A stretch of 64,000 bases of DNA from assembly GCA_965232515.1 (NCBI GenBank), contig CBDDPY010000002.1, positions 3,040,001-3,104,000 of the forward strand, read 5' to 3'. Shown here in pieces: positions 62,168 through 64,000 of this stretch. How positions within the stretch are numbered: position 1 is the first letter of the stretch; every line of letters begins with the position of its first letter. Source of the stretch: Alphaproteobacteria bacterium. GTDB taxonomy: Bacteria > Pseudomonadota > Alphaproteobacteria > GCA-2731375. A model generated the notes under the pieces. It saw only the letters and a list, made by a program, of their open reading frames with translations, was not told where the DNA came from and did no database searches. The position numbers and the translations under genes are program-made.

Positions 62168-63235
62168 ATGACATCAATAAGGACACTCACGATCGCAGGC
62201 GTCGTCGGCACCGCGATGGCCGTGACGGCCGGCGGCGCATCGGCCGCCTGCAAGGACGATTGGAAGGACTGCAAAGGCAAGGCCTGGGTCGACGGCGATG
62301 TGATGGAGACGCCGCTGGGCTCGAAGTGGTGGCCGCATCCGATGTGGGGTGAAGGCGACGAGGCCGGCTCGACCAACTGGTACACCAAGCCGGAAGTGGT
62401 CATGCGCGCGGTCGCGATGATCAAGCAAGGCAAGACCATGCAGTTGGGGCACCAGTACGAGGCGGCGATGCCGATGTTCGGCGACCGAAAGTTCGTGCTG
62501 CGCATCCCCGGCACGCCGACCGGCGGCCCGTTCGGCGCCATGAAGCTGATGTACAACGATGAGTTCCTGTCGACCGAGATCGGTCAGGCCGGCACACAGT
62601 TCGACGGCCTGGGCCATATCGGCGTCGCCATCGGCGACCCGTCGGACAAGGCGAACATGCGCTGGTACAACGGCTTCACGGCCGCCGAAATGGGCTCGGC
62701 CTACGGTCTGCTCAAGCTCGGCACCGAGAAGCTGCATCCGATCATGGCCCGCGGCATCCTGCTCGACATCGCCGGCGCCCGCGGCGTCGAGGCCATGGAA
62801 GTAGGCGACCTCGTGACCATGGATGACGTCAGAGCCGCCCTGAAAAAACAGGGCATGGAGAACTTCCAGTTCATGCCCGGCGACGCCATCGTGATCCGCA
62901 CCGGTTGGTCGAAGTATTGGATCACCGACAACGAGAAGTACAACTCAGGTGTCCCGGGTATCGGCATGGAAGTCGCGCGCTGGATCGCCGAGGACGTACA
63001 GGCGGGCGTGACGGGTTTCGACACCTGGCCCGGCGACGCGGTGCCGAATCCGGATCCGGATTGCGTGTTCTGCGTGCACACCTACCTGCAGACACGGCAC
63101 GGCATCGTCAATCAGGAGAACCTGAACCTGACGCCGCTGGCCGAAGCGGGCGTGTATCAGTTCGCTTACTTCTACTCGCCGGTGCCGATCAAGGGCGCCA
63201 CCGGTTCGATCGGGCATCCGGTCGCCATGTGGTAA
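62168..63235 (+). CDS. Exported cyclase-family (kynurenine formamidase-like) hydrolase
   Basis: Signal peptide, WG..DEAG..N, GTQFDGLGH, RGILLD, PGD...IRTGW, ENL, IKGATGS; GGGAGG RBS. Confidence 0.88.
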   Translation: MTSIRTLTIAGVVGTAMAVTAGGASAACKDDWKDCKGKAWVDGDVMETPLGSKWWPHPMWGEGDEAGSTNWYTKPEVVMRAVAMIKQGKTMQLGHQYEAAMPMFGDRKFVLRIPGTPTGGPFGAMKLMYNDEFLSTEIGQAGTQFDGLGHIGVAIGDPSDKANMRWYNGFTAAEMGSAYGLLKLGTEKLHPIMARGILLDIAGARGVEAMEVGDLVTMDDVRAALKKQGMENFQFMPGDAIVIRTGWSKYWITDNEKYNSGVPGIGMEVARWIAEDVQAGVTGFDTWPGDAVPNPDPDCVFCVHTYLQTRHGIVNQENLNLTPLAEAGVYQFAYFYSPVPIKGATGSIGHPVAMW

Positions 63236-63256
63236 GTCGGAAGCATCCGACAAAAC

Positions 63257-63291
63257 GAAAGGGCGCGTCGCTGGACGCGCCCTTTTTCTTT
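63257..63291 (+). terminator. Rho-independent terminator
   Basis: AAAGGGCGCGTC-GCTG-GACGCGCCCTTT followed by TTCTTT. Confidence 0.9.
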
Positions 63292-63337
63292 GCCGCCTCG
63301 CGTGCCGGGGGCATTCCATCGGCCATGAAGACCGGCT

Positions 63338-63420
63338 CTTGACCCGTCCCGCTCCCCCACCCGACCACCCATCAAGCATACTTCCGTGGGTGGTCGGGTG
63401 GGGGAGCGGGACGGGTCAAG
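63338..63420. repeat. Perfect 34-bp inverted repeat with 15-nt loop
   Basis: CTTGACCCGTCCCGCTCCCCCACCCGACCACCCA (63338-63371) and its exact reverse complement (63387-63420). Confidence 0.9.
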
Positions 63421-63437
63421 CCCAATGACTATTGATA

Positions 63438-64000
63438 TCAGCCGTGGTCGCGCTCGTTGTGAGCCCGCAAAAGATCGGCGCCGAAGCCGTCGCGGGGATT
63501 GTGCCAGACGGAATGCACGTGATTGGCCCCGCTGCGCGTGTTGTCGTATTCGATGATCACCGTAGGACCGTGCAATCGATAGTAATGGCCGGCGTCCGGC
63601 GTCGTGCTGCCGGCCCAGGCGAAATGCACGTTGTCGAGGCCGGCCGCGCGCAGATCGCGCATTTCCCGCTCGGCGATCGCCGGCGCCATGTTGCCGAGAT
63701 AGCTGTCGATCAGCGTCAGCGCCTGCCCGCGCAATGCGTCCGGCATCTGGCCGAGCGGCAGGCCCTGCGGCTGGCGCAGGCTGTCTTCGCGTCCCGGTCC
63801 GGTCAGAATGTCGCCGAAGCTTCGCGGCCGCAGGATCGCGGTCTCGCGCCCCGCGCCGGTCAATCCGTTGACGATGCCGAAGGCGAGGTCATGTTCGTCG
63901 TCAAGGACCCGCAGTCCGGCATGGCGATGTCCCGGCCGGACGACCGCTGGATTGGTGCCCAAGAAGGCCGGCGTGGCGGCGATGCCGGCGCCCGGCGCGA
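63438..64000 (-). CDS. DUF3500 family protein, C-terminal part truncated by window edge
   Basis: TP.FLG.NPA, HFAWAG, HYYRLHGP...IEYDN, NHVHSVW..P..DFG-like. Confidence 0.85.
   Translation of the reverse strand, partial: APGAGIAATPAFLGTNPAVVRPGHRHAGLRVLDDEHDLAFGIVNGLTGAGRETAILRPRSFGDILTGPGREDSLRQPQGLPLGQMPDALRGQALTLIDSYLGNMAPAIAEREMRDLRAAGLDNVHFAWAGSTTPDAGHYYRLHGPTVIIEYDNTRSGANHVHSVWHNPRDGFGADLLRAHNERDHG

Overview
GC-rich alphaproteobacterial chromosome segment, probably Rhodospirillales-like (inferred from gene order). The left part (about 1-27.8 kb) is accessory. It holds the tail of an ABC permease operon, a short MetE-like enzyme, and a stand-alone 12-heme cytochrome c followed by a Rap1a-like gene. 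An amidohydrolase/MarR pair has a perfect operator between them. Three tandem TolB-like/TPR signalling proteins follow (an intact-looking class III cyclase, a catalytically degenerate paralog and a winged-helix version) beside an RND pump and a K+-channel-like gene, and a 16-bp motif is shared upstream of two of these units. Next come a styA-ethD-styB/LysR monooxygenase cluster, an AT-richer patch with orphan membrane genes and a decayed gene duplicate, and several REP/REPIN-like palindrome families. The right part is mostly core: gcvT-H-PA-PB under a tandem glycine riboswitch, ispH-thrB-rnhA, SPFH/NfeD, a CII-like gene and an arfA-like gene with a terminator inside its reading frame. It continues with prx/dsbD-like/algH, rimJ-M16-thrC-M32-surf1, the aa3 oxidase operon, tldD, a heme peroxidase with a PEP-CTERM-like tail, gshA, rsmE, ubiA, dcd and a secreted cyclase-family hydrolase. 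I saw no tRNA, rRNA, CRISPR array or transposase. All family calls come from motif recognition by eye, not database searches.
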